Source: Moniliella sp. 'wahieum' (Eukaryota). From it: a stretch of 64,000 nucleotides of DNA. Every line of letters starts with the position of its first letter. The stretch's first letter is position 1. The position numbers and the translations under genes were made by a program. The stretch lies in assembly GCA_003971905.1 (NCBI GenBank), contig RSEE01000157.1, positions 1-64,000 of the forward strand. The letters run 5' to 3'. Shown piece by piece: positions 26,191 to 39,556 of the stretch. A model generated the notes under the pieces. That model was not told the DNA's origin. It made no database searches and worked only from the letters and a program-made list of their open reading frames with translations.

Positions 26191-27365
26191 GCAGGAGTAG
26201 CACGCCATCGTCGGGCAAGTAGGGGGCCGTGTTCCTATCCTAATGTTTCAATGCGCGTCGTGCTTCCAGCTTTTCGCTCCCTGCCCCGTCTCCCTGCCTT
26301 GACAAAGGAGAACGTCCATTCGTGTAGCCCTGTCCTTTCGGACAAAAACATCATTGTTCCAATCTGCAGATGGGAACCCCGGGTTCAGGTCCCCAAGGAC
26401 CCCATCAGAAGAGTATAATCCGTGTACGAGGCGGTAACAAGGAGCAGGCAAAGTCAAAAGACAGCTAGGGAAAGCTACTTAGCATAAGCGAACCTATTAA
26501 ACCCAGCAGACAACCAAACAAACAACAGCAGAACCGAGAAAGGGGAGCTAAGCAGGAAGTAGAGGGTTCCCAGACAGTCTCAACCCCAGTTGATGCGGTG
26601 AAATGGATCGGGAGTGTGGTAGGGATTGGCAAGAAGCCCGAGCACAGAAACAAGTACGGGGTAGGAGGTTGGGTGTTGTGCGCGGTCACACAGCGCGCGA
26701 AAAGTCAATGCATTACCGGCATCACCCTACTAACATGCTCTAGGGACGCTGTCCGCGCCTCTCCCTGTTCCTGTGCTCCACGGGCACTGGCACCTGCTGC
26801 AGAACTGAGATCTGATGTTTCCTGCTCATGCACTACACTCAAAAGATCAGTTTCGGTTTGGGTTGGAGAAGGGGTACTATTAAGGGAGGAGTTCCATTGC
26901 CCTGTCGGCACTAACCTCGCTAGCCCAGTACACAGAGAAAGTGACGACGCCCACCGCGGTTGGGGAAGAATCGCGATGCGCGATGGGCGACGGAGGAGGG
27001 AAGAGGATAAAAGGGGAGGGGAGCACAAGGGAGAAAGGGGCAAGTCGAAACCAGTCGACAGAGAACCAACGTCATCAAGACCATGGCTGCCCTTGCCTCA
27101 CCTCGTGCCCCCAACCAACCATGGCAACACAGTTGGTGGGGGGGTCTCGGGGCCCCTACCAGGGGGCCCAAACAGTACAAAAAAGAGGGCTGTCTCAGGG
27201 TCCGGACGTGTAGATAGGGCAGGCAAGAGGGTGGCGGCAAGGCACAAAGGGCAGAGAAGAGGACAATACGATATCGAGCGCATACGTGTTCTCCAAGTCT
27301 TACGCCCACACACCCTTGGCGCGGGCGCATGTAGTTGGAAGAACGGTGGTGCGGCATGCGCTTCT

Positions 27366-28987
27366 TCAGTGAGCTTCGATGTGCGCCTCGGTGCGTGCCT
27401 GAACGGCAGCGTTGCGTTCGGCCCGAGTGGAGCGCCGGCGGCGGCTCGAGCTCGAGCCCGAGCCCGAGCCGAGGTGGCAGAGGAAGAGTGCTTCGGCTTG
27501 CGGTGGCATTGCCCCCTTCTTGGAGGAAGTGGGGGCAGGCTTAACCAGCGAGCTGGACGAGGAGGCACTAGCGCTGACCGACGGGCGCGGCTTGCGGTGC
27601 GACGAAGAGGAAGAAGTGGGAGAAGCTTGGGCACCACTCTTGCTCTTGCTCTTGGACTTGGTGGACGCCGTGGCAGAGGTAGCCGACGAGCTCTTGCTCT
27701 TGGACGCACTCTTGGAGCTGGAGCTGGAACCGGAACCGGAACCGGAACCGGCGGCCGACGAGCCAACCGATCCGAGCCCGAGCTCGGCGCGCTCGAGCCC
27801 GCGCTGGAACCTGAACTGGAACCCGAGCCCGAGCCAGCAAACAAGGCCATGTTCTTGTAGTACGTCTGAACGGCATTGGGGTCGCCCACTCAGAGCCCGA
27901 GCCACCAAAGAAGTGGTGAACATGATCTTGTCGACCCAGTTGTCGACGAAGCACGGGGAGCGAGCGCGTGGCTCTCCCCCGCGTCCAGGGAGCGGCGCGA
28001 CTGGCTCGAGCTGCCCGAACGGAAAACAATGTTGTTCAAGTGAATGCTGGGCTGGGCTTCGCCATTGAAAAAGAGCTCGACCAAGCCGTCGGCCTTGCCT
28101 TCCGAGTTGAGCTTGACGTGCAACGCCAGATCGTTCCATTTGCCCTTTTGGAACGAAAACGCACCGCGGCCGATCGAAGTGCCGTAGTCCGAGTTGCAGA
28201 TCAACTTGGAGCCCTTGGCAGTCGACGAGGCGGCCGGACACAGGTGGTAGTCCGTGCCAGACAGGGTGGTGGGGATGTACGCGTACACTTCCGCCTGGCC
28301 ATCTTTACGCCACATGATACGCGTGGACCAGCACGTGGACCCCACCCCGCCCTCGGAGCCGCCTTCGCACCCCGACGTGTCGGCGTCCAGCGTGTTACCG
28401 CTGCTGGAACCGACAGAGGAGTAGAGACCGGGCAATTTGCCGCCCTGGACAAGTCAAAGTCCTCGGGGAAGTAGACCGAGTACGACAGCAGCAGTTCCGG
28501 GCGCGATGCCGAGTTGGAACCGGCCGTGGTGCGGGTAGATGAGACAAACGGGTTGGACGACGCCGATCGAGCGCCACCCGACCCGAGGAAGGGCTGGGAG
28601 TAGAACGAAGTGCCGCCGGACGGGTCCGTGTGCAGACCATACGACTGGGCGCCGTACTTGACCGACAGCACTTGGCTCGAGCCGCCGACGGGTCCGAGGT
28701 GAGCACCACATTGTCCGGGTTGGAGGAGATGCGGTTGTGGTAGAGATTGACATTGTTGGCCAACCAGCCTTGGGCAGGCTGGTCACCGCGCTTGGAGTTG
28801 GAGCTGCTGGATCCGCCGCCGATTCCCCAGGACCAGCCTGTGGAGCCGACGCCAGAGCCAACGGCGCTTGCCACATTGTTGCCAACAGCCGAGGAAAGGG
28901 AGACGGCCTTGGAGGAGAAACTCGAGGCGGCCAGCGCACTCGTGGCACCCGCCAGGGCCAGCGTAGAGTCGTGAACGTGAGACGCAT
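27366..28987 (-). CDS. Secreted polysaccharide lyase family 14 (alginate/glucuronan lyase-like) with Ser/Gly-rich tail
   Basis: Signal-like MRLTFTTL; GGTSFY; LLSYSVYFPEDFD..GGKLPGLY; CWSTRIMWRKDGQAEVYAY; YGTSIGRGAFSFQKGKW; ADGLVELFFNG; FFGGS..WATP. PL14 motifs in order. Confidence 0.85.
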
Positions 28988-29972
28988 AGCAGAGAAGGTT
29001 GGTTGGAGAGGAAGTGGGGGGGAGGGAGACGATGGACAGCAGGGAGCAATTGGGAGGAGCAAGGAGCCAAACCGACCAGCGGCAGGAGAGCAGGAGAGGA
29101 AAGGGAGAGGAGGTGACGGTGGTGAGAGGGGAGGGCGGGGCGAGGTCGCCGTGAGGGTGCCGGTATAAAACCGCGCAAGAGATGATTTACCGCTGGCACT
29201 GGCTTGCCCCAAGGGGAAAGAGCAGCACAGGGGCCGTGTGGCGGGGCCAGCACGACGCGCCACGAGGCGGCGTGGCGCCAGCGTGGCGCCCCCTGCGGCC
29301 GCGTGCGTGCGGGAGTGTCGCTCAACCCTCCACGAGCACCTCAGACTGCCGCAGAGGGGCAGTGTGGCCTGCAGCGATCCTCGCCTGATCGTGATCTCAT
29401 CTGCAGCACCGGACTCAGATGGTCGCCGCCGCAGCAGCAGCAGGGCCGTGTCCAGCCAGGCAGCGCATCCACACAGCCCGGTGCGGGCGCCGCCACTTGC
29501 CGCCTCGGCGACATGTCGTTCCAGCGTGGTTGGCAGGCTGCCGCGGGGGCAGTGTGGGCCATTGCACGTTGATCATTGCATCAACACAGGCGGTGTTCAA
29601 TTGTTCAGTTGCACGCTGAACGTTGAATAGGGGAGTTGAACGTTCCCTTTTACAGCACCAGGTATACACACATCTACTACCGCGGCGGCGACGATGCTGT
29701 CTGTCTCTTGGCGCCAACACACATTCCAACCCCAAGCTGGAGCGAGAGACATAGAAGCAGGAGGGAAAGCGGGCGCATGCACCGCGCCAGCCGACGAGTT
29801 CCAATTGGAGTTGGGAGATGGAAGCGAAGAGGAGGACAAAATGATATATTTACGTACGGGGTCCGGGCAGAGGCGCGCCGAGAGGCCAACCAGATGGTTT
29901 TTGCTTCAGGAGAAGTTGAGTTCCAGCGAGTACCACCACTGCTATGCATGTGTGCCGATCCCTGGTCAATCG

Positions 29973-32380
29973 TTAATCCTCATGGTCCCGCTCCTCGCCC
30001 TTGGGAATGCGCAAAAAGCCAATGCAGATCAGCAGCGAAAGGATGGCACCACCGAGGCAGAAGAGCCAGATGGCATGCAGCTTGTTGAGCGTGACCCCGT
30101 CCCCATGCACCACCCCCCCTCCCGGCCGGTCCAGGTCGTGTTGGAGGTCCGATCGTGCGGAATTGGGTGGGCACCGTGCGTACCACGTAGTGGTTCCGCT
30201 CCACCGCCGAGCCCACCGTCTCTGCGAGCGAAGTGAGCAGCGCCGAAGACAAGTTCTGCATCGTGATCAAGATGCTTGACGACACGCCTTGATACCTGCG
30301 GGACACGGAGTTGCTGATGAAGAGCGAGCAGGCAGCGAACGCAAGGTCGGGCGAAAAGTGCTGAGGGCGATCCCCCACATGCTGAAGAGAAAGTAATTAG
30401 AGTCTGGCCTGTTGAGCAGAAAGAAGAGCGGCATAAACATGGCTGCCAAGCAGCTGGCACCCAAAATGTAGTGGCCGGCCAAAACGTGGAACAGACGGGC
30501 GACCAAGAGTGCGGCCGTCAGACCAATTACCGCATTTGGGATCATCTGCAACGCGCTCGAGAGCGCGCCTGTGCCTTGGATGTCCTGCCAAAACCGGATG
30601 GCATACACTTGGCTCGCAGCAAAGCTGCCGTAACACAGAAAGTAGGAGCTGGCCACACTCGCAAACGACGGGATGCGCCAAAGGTGAGGCGGAACGAGCG
30701 GGTTGGTCACCTTGGTCTCGACATAGACAAACAGCCCCAAAAAGCCCACGCCAGCAATGGCGGTGACATAGGTATAGGGCGCCCAGTTGACACTGCTCCC
30801 TTGGGTCACACCAAAGATGATCAACCCCGATCCTATCACCGCCAGCGCCGCGCCTTTCCAATCAAACGTGCGCCGGGGGTGGGCCGGCGCGCCAGTCATG
30901 CGCTCAAAGCTTTTCATCGTGCGCTCCGTCGGGGCCGTTTTGAGCGCGGCAACAAAGAGGAGGAGGGTGACGATGGCCAAACTGCCAAAGATCCAAGAGA
31001 TGGAATGCGACAGTGCTGCTCCGTGCAAGCCACCCGTCACGTATCCGATGGGGCGATCGAGGCCATGGCGGAAACACCAGGTTCCTCCGTACGCCTGGAC
31101 TGTACACTCTGCCCAGGTAGCTATTCATGGCACGTGGAATGGTTAGTCCATCACCCCGAGAAAAGGGAAAAGCGGGGAAACGACATACCTGACGAACTGC
31201 TTGTGAGCCCACCTACTGCCAGGCCTTGCAGCGCTCGTACCACACAAAACGCCACTGGGTTGTGGCCCGCCACATTGGGAAGCATTAAGATGGCCCCCAA
31301 CGCATTCGCCACCGTCAAAAAGGCCAAAGAAGAACAATCACCACGCGAGCTCCGTAAATGTCAGCGAGGGAACCGGAGATGGTGACGCTCAACCCGTTAC
31401 TGAGGGAAACGCGCCGTTGAGCCAGGGCATTTGAGAGTTGCTCATGCCCAGCCGGTCAGTTAGAACGATGGTCATGACCACCACGTTTCCGAGCAGATGG
31501 CTGAACAACCCCTGTCCGCAGCTGCAGACCATCACGAACAGCACCTCGTCCAAGGTGCTGGGCAGCATCGCTGGACGGCCTGACATGACAGTCTTCGTCC
31601 GCGGCTCGTCTGCTTCGCTTGTCCCGCGCAGGGTCTTCATAGCCACCGCCTGTTGTCCTAGCGACGATTCGTCCGGCTCATTGGGGAGGAAGACGCGAGC
31701 TAGGGTGGGAGCCACGCGCTGAAAAAGGAAGGGGTATACGGGGGCAACCGGGAGGAGAAGGCAGAGGAACTAGGGGCGGGTGTTGTTGTGTACATGGATT
31801 GACCGGCGCCAGCCGAAGAGCGCCGGCGGGAGAGGTGAGGGACGGTAAATGTGCCACTGGCATCACCTCTTGGTGAAGGAGTGACTGGCCTGGGTAGCGA
31901 GGCGATGCTTGCGCGCTACCTCGTCCCTCCTCATCCTCTTCATCGAAGGCCGAATCGAGTTGTTGGGAGGAGAGAAGCGGCGGAAGGCGCGAAGCAGAGG
32001 GGGCCGGGGTGATTTCTGGCCTGGCACCCTCACCACTGCTGACGGGCGGGAGACTAGTGTCGGTGGAAATCAAGGGCTGGCGCATATTGCTTGTGGAGCT
32101 CTGCCGCGAGGGGGCGCGTGTACCGGGAGCAGATGGGGTTCCAGGCAGGGGAGACGGGTCGCCGGCCGAGCCAAAGTAATCCTTCATCCATCCCAACCCA
32201 CGGGAGGGGGGCTGTGCCCGGGGTCAAGGCGCCGCTGGAGGGCGCGGGAGAGCTGGGGCGGGAGAGGGCGAGAAGACGAGCGACACTGGTGGTGCTGGAC
32301 TTGCGGCTGGCGGGCGGGCGGCGGGGCAGGCCTGTGACGGGCGCGGGCAGGCCGGGATCGGCAGCACCGCCGCTGGACAT
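29973..32380 (-). CDS. MFS transporter, DHA2 (Amf1/Atr1-like) family
   Basis: EVLFVMVCSCGQGLF..QMPWLNGAF; NSYLGRVYSPGVRRNLVF; FDWKGAAL; NPLVPPHLW; YQGV; ends LRIPKGEERDHED*. 5' start uncertain. Confidence 0.85.
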
Positions 32381-33179
32381 GGTGGCGAGGGTGGTAGACC
32401 AGGTGGACGCGGAGACAGAGTGCACGGTGTAGGATAAGAAAACAGCAGCACGCAGAAAATATTTTTTGGTGTTTAGCCCGACGTTTACCCGACCGGGGGA
32501 AAAGCCGGGGGGATGTGGCTGGTGGGTGATGGGTGGTCGGTGATCGACGAGGCAGGATGGATGCGGTCGAGGACAGGATGGGGTAACCCTAGTGGTGGAT
32601 TTGCTGGGTTTTGAAATGTGCACTGTGGACGCAGGCACGGCATGGCAGTGTGAGATGTGCGATGTGCGATGTGCATGTGATCATGTGATCGAGCTGCGAT
32701 CTGGATCTGAGCGATCTGAGATCTGAAGCCGAACGCGCATCTGAGATCTGACACGTGGCTGGAGGAGCCCAAGCGCCAGCCAGAGCACGACGGAACGATA
32801 AGCGCTGAGCCGACGGGAGCGTCGTATACGCTCCGCCTGCCTGAGACTGCTGATCCGTGCAGCGGGTTAAAAGTGCTGCCCAGCCAGTGCGTCTGCTGTG
32901 GGTGCGCATGCGCCCCCCCCAGCCAGCCCCACCTGCTCCGACGCGGCGCCCGCCGCTCCCTCTTCCCTGTCTTCTGTCCGCTCCCCGCCCTCCGCGCCCT
33001 CTTCCGCCCGCCGCCAATTCCCTCGCCTCCATCCCCATCCCCATCCCCATCCCACACCAACCACCGCCGCTTGCGCCCCGCCGCCAGCGCCCCCGACTTC
33101 TCCCGCCCCACCCGTCGTCCGCCTCCCTCGGTGGCCCCGCCAGACGAGGCGCTTGCCACTGCCGCCGCCCACGAGTCGG

Positions 33180-35577
33180 ATGGGGACGATTCGTCCGCAT
33201 CCAGCTTTTCCGATGCACGCAGCCTTTCTGATGCACACAGCCTCCCTGCGCCCCCGCACGCCCAAGGCCCGAGTCGGAACTGTGGCCATCCCGCTGCCCC
33301 GTCCGCTCCGCTCTTGTCTCATTCCGTCGTTCCCGGCCTTGGCGGCAGCGCCGACGCAGGGCTGGCCACAAGCGAGACGAGTGCCGCTCTGTCGGGGTCA
33401 GTGACGCCGACAACCGAGTATGGTTGTCCACCGTCTCCTCTGCCCGATCTGCCACGCCGATCCGGCGGGCGTCCTGTGCGCCTACGTGCGCGCCCACCAG
33501 CCAGCCAGCCTACCGCGACGACAGCGGGCTGCCGTAGCCAAGATGACGTGCGCCGAGTGCTCCAGTCGGACGCGGAGCTCAAGGCAGACATTGAGATGGC
33601 ACGGAGGGCGGTGCACTTGTTTCTCAACTCGCAGATGGTCGCGGCAGAGCAGCTGATCCAGGCCAGCTCCGAGCGCTTGTACGTCAGTCTGGGCGCTGCC
33701 ATCCTAGCGTTTTTAAGGCGGTCATGGTGAGTCGACGACTAGCCCACCCACCCACTCACACAACACACACATATAGAGAGAATCTGACCTTCGTACCGTT
33801 TCTTGTTTGGCAGACGTTTGACCATCAAGACCTGCTGACCGCTGCTCGTACTGCAAAGACGCGATGCCATTGCCTCGTTGCTGCGCAAGCCTTCGAATCT
33901 GTTCAGTAACCTGGGGCGCTTTGTGCGTGGAACGGGCAGTCGGCCGCGACGATGCACAGCATGACACTGGTCCAGCGACATGCCGAGCTCGTGTTGCGAG
34001 CATGTGCTAAAGGCCGTGATGGGCATCCTGTTGTCCGGGGACCTGATCGCCTTTGTCTCTGAGGCACTGAACCTGCGCAGTGTGTATGGGATCTACCGTT
34101 CTCTTACCAAATACCTCGAGTGGCTCGACCAGTCCCTTCCAACCCCGCTGGCGTGGGCGAAGCGGACGAGGATTTCCGCTCCGGCGTACCTGGGCAATGG
34201 GGCGATTAGTCTGGTGTTTGGGCTGCTGCCGGGCAAGGTGCTCAAGGTGGCGGAACTGTTTGGCTACACGGGCAACTGCGCGACGGGGGCCATCCTAGCC
34301 AGATCCGGGCGCTGGCACCCGCCTGTACTTCGACCGCACCCTTGCCTCTGCCCCTGCCCTGCCCTCGTATCGGGCCTCTCTCCGGACCAAGAGGGCATCC
34401 GCCGCGCCGTGTGCGACCTGGCCACTCTCAGCCATCTTGTCATCTCGACCTTTATGCCGGTCCAGGCCGTCAACATTCCTGCCGCCCAAAGTATACTCGA
34501 CCACTACTTGGCCCGTACCCCCAATCTGTTTTTTCTTCTACCTTTCCGGTCGTCTGACAGCTGTCTAGCGCAGCCGGTTGGCCATCCAGCAATTCGCCGC
34601 GCCGCGAGTGCAACGCGACATTTCCTCTACGCCACATTTGTATCTGGGACATGGCGCTCAGCAGCATGAGTCTGTGCGATTGGGCCAGTGCAGCGGGTGC
34701 TTTGAGACGCTGCTGGCTGCGTCCAGTTGGTCCCCGGCAGTGTACTCGTATGGTCTTGGCGCAACGGCGCAACGCTTCTTCATGGCGCTAGAGGCACGGG
34801 AGAAAGGCGAGACGGTAGTGGAGGCGGATCTTGGGCCGGCGAACGATCCTGGCGTGCGAGAAGCTGCTGTCCTACCCGATGTGGACGAGCCATCTGTCCA
34901 CGCGTCCTTGTTGGCGCGGGCCAACGAGTTGATGCTCCGTGCACCGTCGCGGATGCAGCGCATTGCTGGCAAGTCGGTTCCGCTGGAAAAGTTTGTGCAA
35001 AAGAAAGTGGCCAAGCTCGAGGCGCAGGGGTACCTGCTCCTTCCCGCGCTCGAGCTGAGCTACGTACTTCACTGCTTGACCAATGCGCCCGCGTTCGCTC
35101 CTAGGCGCCCAACTGGCCTTGCTCACAGCTACCCTGGCCCAGCTGCAGACCTATGCGTCCAATCCGGCCTCCTACCGATCCGGCGCGGCGGGCTACCGTG
35201 CCGACTGGTGCCTGGCCCACTTTCTTCACGGCGTTGTGCATCGGTACATTGCGCATCCGACCGCCCAGGCCGTGGGTACGAGTACGACCACGTGCCAGCC
35301 CGAATCGGACCAGGCGGCCGAGACGAGTTTGCAGCTGGTGGCGCACGACGGTGCGCAGTTGACCACCGACGCGTACCTAGTGTACTTTGCCCACTTGGAG
35401 CTGGGCCGTCTGTTTACCGCCCGTGGCGCTTGGCACGACGCACGAACTCACCTCGACTTGGTCCTGTCGGGCCAAACGCTGGACCGCGCGCCCCGCAAGG
35501 GCAAGTATGCACTGCAAACCATCTGCTTACTCCAGGCACACGGCGCACTCGGTTTACTTCCCCCGCTGGCCACGTAA
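33180..35577 (+). CDS. IML2: Iml2/TTC39 family TPR-like protein
   Basis: DIEMARRAVHLFLNSQM; DLIAFVSEALNLRSVYGIY; GLLPGKVLKVAELFGY; RIAGKSVPLEKFVQKK; AHLELGRL; RKGKYALQ. Start uncertain, several indels. Confidence 0.8.
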
Positions 35578-36088
35578 GCCGCGTAGAAACCTGTGTACCG
35601 CGCACCGCGTACCGCATCTCCCCAGTGACCAAGTGACTAGGGACTAGGGACTAGGGACCGTGACTGCGGCAAGAGGTTTGCCCTGCTTTGCGTTGCGGCG
35701 TGTTACGTTTCGTCGGCCCCATCTACTGCCAAGGCGTAGAATGTTGAGACCACACCACCACTACCCTCACCACAACACAACCTCTCTCTCGTTCCTGTTT
35801 CTTTTTTTTTGGCTTACCTCTCTCGGCCGTTTGTTAGGGAGAGGGAATGGATACCCCCTGCATGATCGCCATCGCTTGCCCTACTATCCAGCTCTTTGGA
35901 CAAGGTCAGTTGCTATAGCTCCTGCTGCTGTCCAGGGGTGTGGGCTGGGATGGGGTGGGGCTGTGCTGGCAATAGGGAACTACTTGCATAGCGCAACACG
36001 CGGCCTCGCAATTGCCCTACAAAAGTACATTTGCTGGTTCCTCTGTGTTCGGCCGCCAGAAGACAGAAGCACGAAGCCGCCAAAAAAG

Positions 36089-36173
36089 CGCCCCACGTGG
36101 GACTCGAACCCACAACCGTGAGATGGACCTCTGAAGTAAGAGTCTCAAATTCTACCGATTGAAATAGCGAGGC
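36089..36173 (-). tRNA. tRNA-Lys(CTT) with 12-nt intron (36136-36125)
   Basis: GCCTCGC-TA-TTTC-AATCGGTA-GAAT-T-TGAGA-CTCTTA-[CTTCAGAGGTCC]-A-TCTCA-CGGTT-GTGGG-TTCGAGT-CCCAC-GTGGGGC-G, then CTTTTTT terminator. Confidence 0.88.
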
Positions 36174-36565
36174 TAATTAGGTACGTGTAAGCCTATGCAA
36201 ACCAACCACGGCTTTAAGTCCCCGTCTATCTCTAGGGGGTGTGATATGAGCTCAGACAGCAGAGAGCGTTCAGGAAAAGAGAGGGATACTAGCGTCATCA
36301 GCTATATACATCCTGAGCAGAGCAACAATGTCGAGCTGGACGCAAGAACCGAAGGAGAAACAATAAACTAAGAGGGGGGATCAAAACGCAAATCAGTCCT
36401 CGCGTGTGAGAGGGATGGTGGATACGCTCACATGGTGGCATTTCGTCACGCGCAGCACAGAGCAGCAAAACGTATGGTGGCTCGATAGGTACAAATAGAT
36501 AGAAACGGGTGGGGACATAACCCAATCGACCAAGCAAGAGAGGGGGGGAAGAGGGGGAGGGAGGG

Positions 36566-37698
36566 TCACTTGTACAGCCGGACGACAGTCGAGCCATTGA
36601 TCGGCATTCCATCCTCCTCGCTCACCAGGGAGGGGGAAAAGGAGGAACTGTGGGGCGCGAGGTCGGGGCGATGAAAATGGACTTGGCCGGAATACTCCAA
36701 GTCCTGGACAATGCTCTTGGCGCCGCCCAATCCAACGCCCCCTACGGCGGTGGCCACATCGCGCGCGGGCAAACGGCCCTGGGTGGCAATCAACTCGGTC
36801 CCTGGCCTTGCCTGGCCCATCGCTTGCGAAGCGGTCTGGACAAGACATATGGTGCCATCCAACAAGGATTGGGTATCCAGGAAGGCCAGTGCCAAGCTGC
36901 CCCTGTGAGCTTGCTGATGAACGGTGCGGACAATGGTCTCCATCTCCTTCACTGCGTCTTGGTTTGTTCGCGCAGCCGTGCCGAGCCAGTGTACAAACAC
37001 CGTCGGCATCATCCACTCCCGTGCACCTTCAACCACAGCCCGGTGCAGCACGTCATACCCGTCCATCTTGGCGGACGCCTCAGGAAGGACAAAGACGACG
37101 ACGGTCTTGTTGTTAAAGTGCTCCATCGGTGGCAACTTGGTACCGATGGGGAAAGTAAGAACAGGATGCACCGACGCATTGCTCGTCACCGCCGCCAATT
37201 CGTCCGGCGCGGCATGGACGGAGCAGGACCATTTTTGGCGTGCGAGCGAAAGGATCCTTCGTGGTTTCTTTGCGTCCTGCCTCGGGGAGCTACCGGGTGC
37301 AGTGGCAAGCGTATGCGGCGGCGAAGTGTACACGACAAGACCGAGTGGTCGATTCCCATGGACTTCAACCCATTCATCTGCCCCAGCACCTCCCGTGCCG
37401 CATACCCAAACGAAGCACACAGATGCTCGGCCGAGCGAGTGGGGCTGTGGGGCCGGTCAACAAACACCAACGCAAGCGGCGCCGTATCCCGCTGCCAGAC
37501 GTAATGGGCGATCGCTTTGACAGTGTTGGCATCGCCGTCTTGTTCGTGCTGGGGGCAAAAAGAAGCAGGCGGGGTCAGCTGCCTCGCACTCAATTTCGGT
37601 CCAACAACGGGACAAGTACCGTGTGCGAGTAACTAGTAACTCACCTCCCAAGGATGGAAGACAATCTGTGTCCCCAGCTCGACCGCCGACTCGTTCAT
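36566..37698 (-). CDS. Hypothetical protein, possible C-terminal winged helix
   Basis: Exon MNESAVELGTQIVFHPWE splices in frame (intron 37644-37549, GTGAGT..CTGAC..CAG) to HEQDGDANTVKAIAHYVW. Long globular-looking ORF 36566-37420. Family not recognised. Confidence 0.55.
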
Positions 37699-39440
37699 CG
37701 CGGTCTGGAGAGCGGCCTCGGTGGCCCGTCCCAAATGGCGGGTGAGAAAAAAGACCCACGTGTTGCGCTGGGCGCGTCGGCTGCTGCCCCGTCGGGGGGG
37801 GGGAGGATGCTGCCGGGCAAGCCAGCTGGCTCGGCTGGATCGCCCGGCGTGGCGGGCGAGGACAAAGCGGAGGCGGCGTGACGGGGGGACAGGGGCATGA
37901 ACCGTGGCTAGTGAAGCGAATGACGGGGGGGAAGCAACCGGGAGAAGCAGCACGCACGCCCACCTCCCCTCGCCGGGCCAGACGCCGAGATGGTGCGTTG
38001 GTCATGAAGGAAAAGGCCAGGTGCGACGCAGGCTGTGATGCATCCCGACGGCCGTTTCCTGCAGCGCTGCAGCGTCGGCCTACAGCACAGGCACGCACTA
38101 GCCCGCACTCCCGCCTGCGCCCGAGCGGGCCAGGGTGTCGGCGACGCGTGACGCGTGACGCGGACCGCTGCCGGCCGAAAGTGGTCACGCATCACGCACC
38201 GCATGGTGTGTGACGATCGATCATCGATCATTAACATTTCGATCGATCGGACGCGGGATGTGTCATGCATCATGCACCGGCAGGCCGCAACCGGGGAACC
38301 GGAAAGCCTTAAAGCTTAAATGAGCACCATCATGCATTGCATCTCCACTGCCGCCTGTGCATGCCACATGTCACCCGTCCATCGGTGGCAGCTGCATTGC
38401 AGGCCCCGCGACGAGATCTGAGGGATCGGAGACCCGCTATCCGAGTATCCAACAGTATCCAATCCGACCGGTTCCCACCTCTTCTATCCAAGGGGGGGGG
38501 TAAGCGCTATTAGGGCATGCTACTGTAGTTGGCCATTCCTGGCTCTTCTTCCCTGTTGGAAGCCGTTGGAAGCCCGGCAAGCCTGCCTCTGGGCCCAGGA
38601 AGCGTGGGCAGCATGTTCATGGCATGACATGTGACATGCATGTGACATGTGACGCTGTGATAGAATGCGAGTGTGATGCATGTGATCTGAGACTCAGACC
38701 CATGGCGTTCGGGGTTTCGGGTGGGAGGCTTCGGGAGCTATGTTGGTACGCGTTACGCCTTGAAACTGACCTTGTGAGTGCTGGGTGGCCGCCGGTGGAA
38801 GTCATTGATCATTGGGTGCGTGGCTGGGCGCACTGACTGGGCGCTGGGGAAGGGAACAGAAACGGGAACGGGAACGGGAACACGGGGACGGGGGACAAAA
38901 AATTCTAACTGCCGCTGCATGTGATGCATGCATGTGACATGTCAGGGAGATGCGGTGTGTTTGTGATACCTGTGATGGGGGCTTTCCCTCGCTTTCCAAG
39001 CCTTCCCTCGTTTTTCCCAGCTTTCCCCCCCTTCTTGCTAGAATGCGACTTGGGATCGTCTCGTGAGCGCGCGTGAGCCTCATGGATCAGTAGCTGCAAA
39101 ACAGCCTAGCCTTCAAACAAGGCGTGAATTAGGCAAAGTGGTGAGACGCAAGTCTTGAAGCAAAACGTCTGCAGGGAAAGGAGACAGGAGAGAGAGAAAG
39201 GAGGGTGATGGAGCGAGCAGAGGGTGCGCAGCCAGCGAGGGGAACTCTCCCGCCCGGGTGGCGGGCATCGCCGATCAACAAAGGATAATAGCGGGGAGGA
39301 TCGTATCGACGGATACCCTCTGATGTCAACACTCAACATACGGGATAAGTATCATGTCCTTTTCATACAGTTGTTCACACACTGATTCATCAATGCCTGT
39401 CCTCTCTGTTAAAAATCCTTGCATCCGTAACAGGATATAT

Positions 39441-39556
39441 GGAGATGGGGGAAAGGATAAGGATCATATTCATCGAGTGGAAAGAGAGCAAGATATATAT
39501 GCCTCGGAGAAGAAGAGAACATGCGAGCTATGTCACACGGAGGGAAAGAGGGAGCA
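39441..39556 (+). repeat. Dispersed repeat copy A (~120 bp), inverted relative to 57550-57675
   Basis: Shares the exact core GGATCATATTCATCGAGTGGAAAGAG and flanking similarity (CCTCGGAGAAGAA, GTCACACGGAGG, GGGAGCA) with the reverse complement of copy B. Confidence 0.85.
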
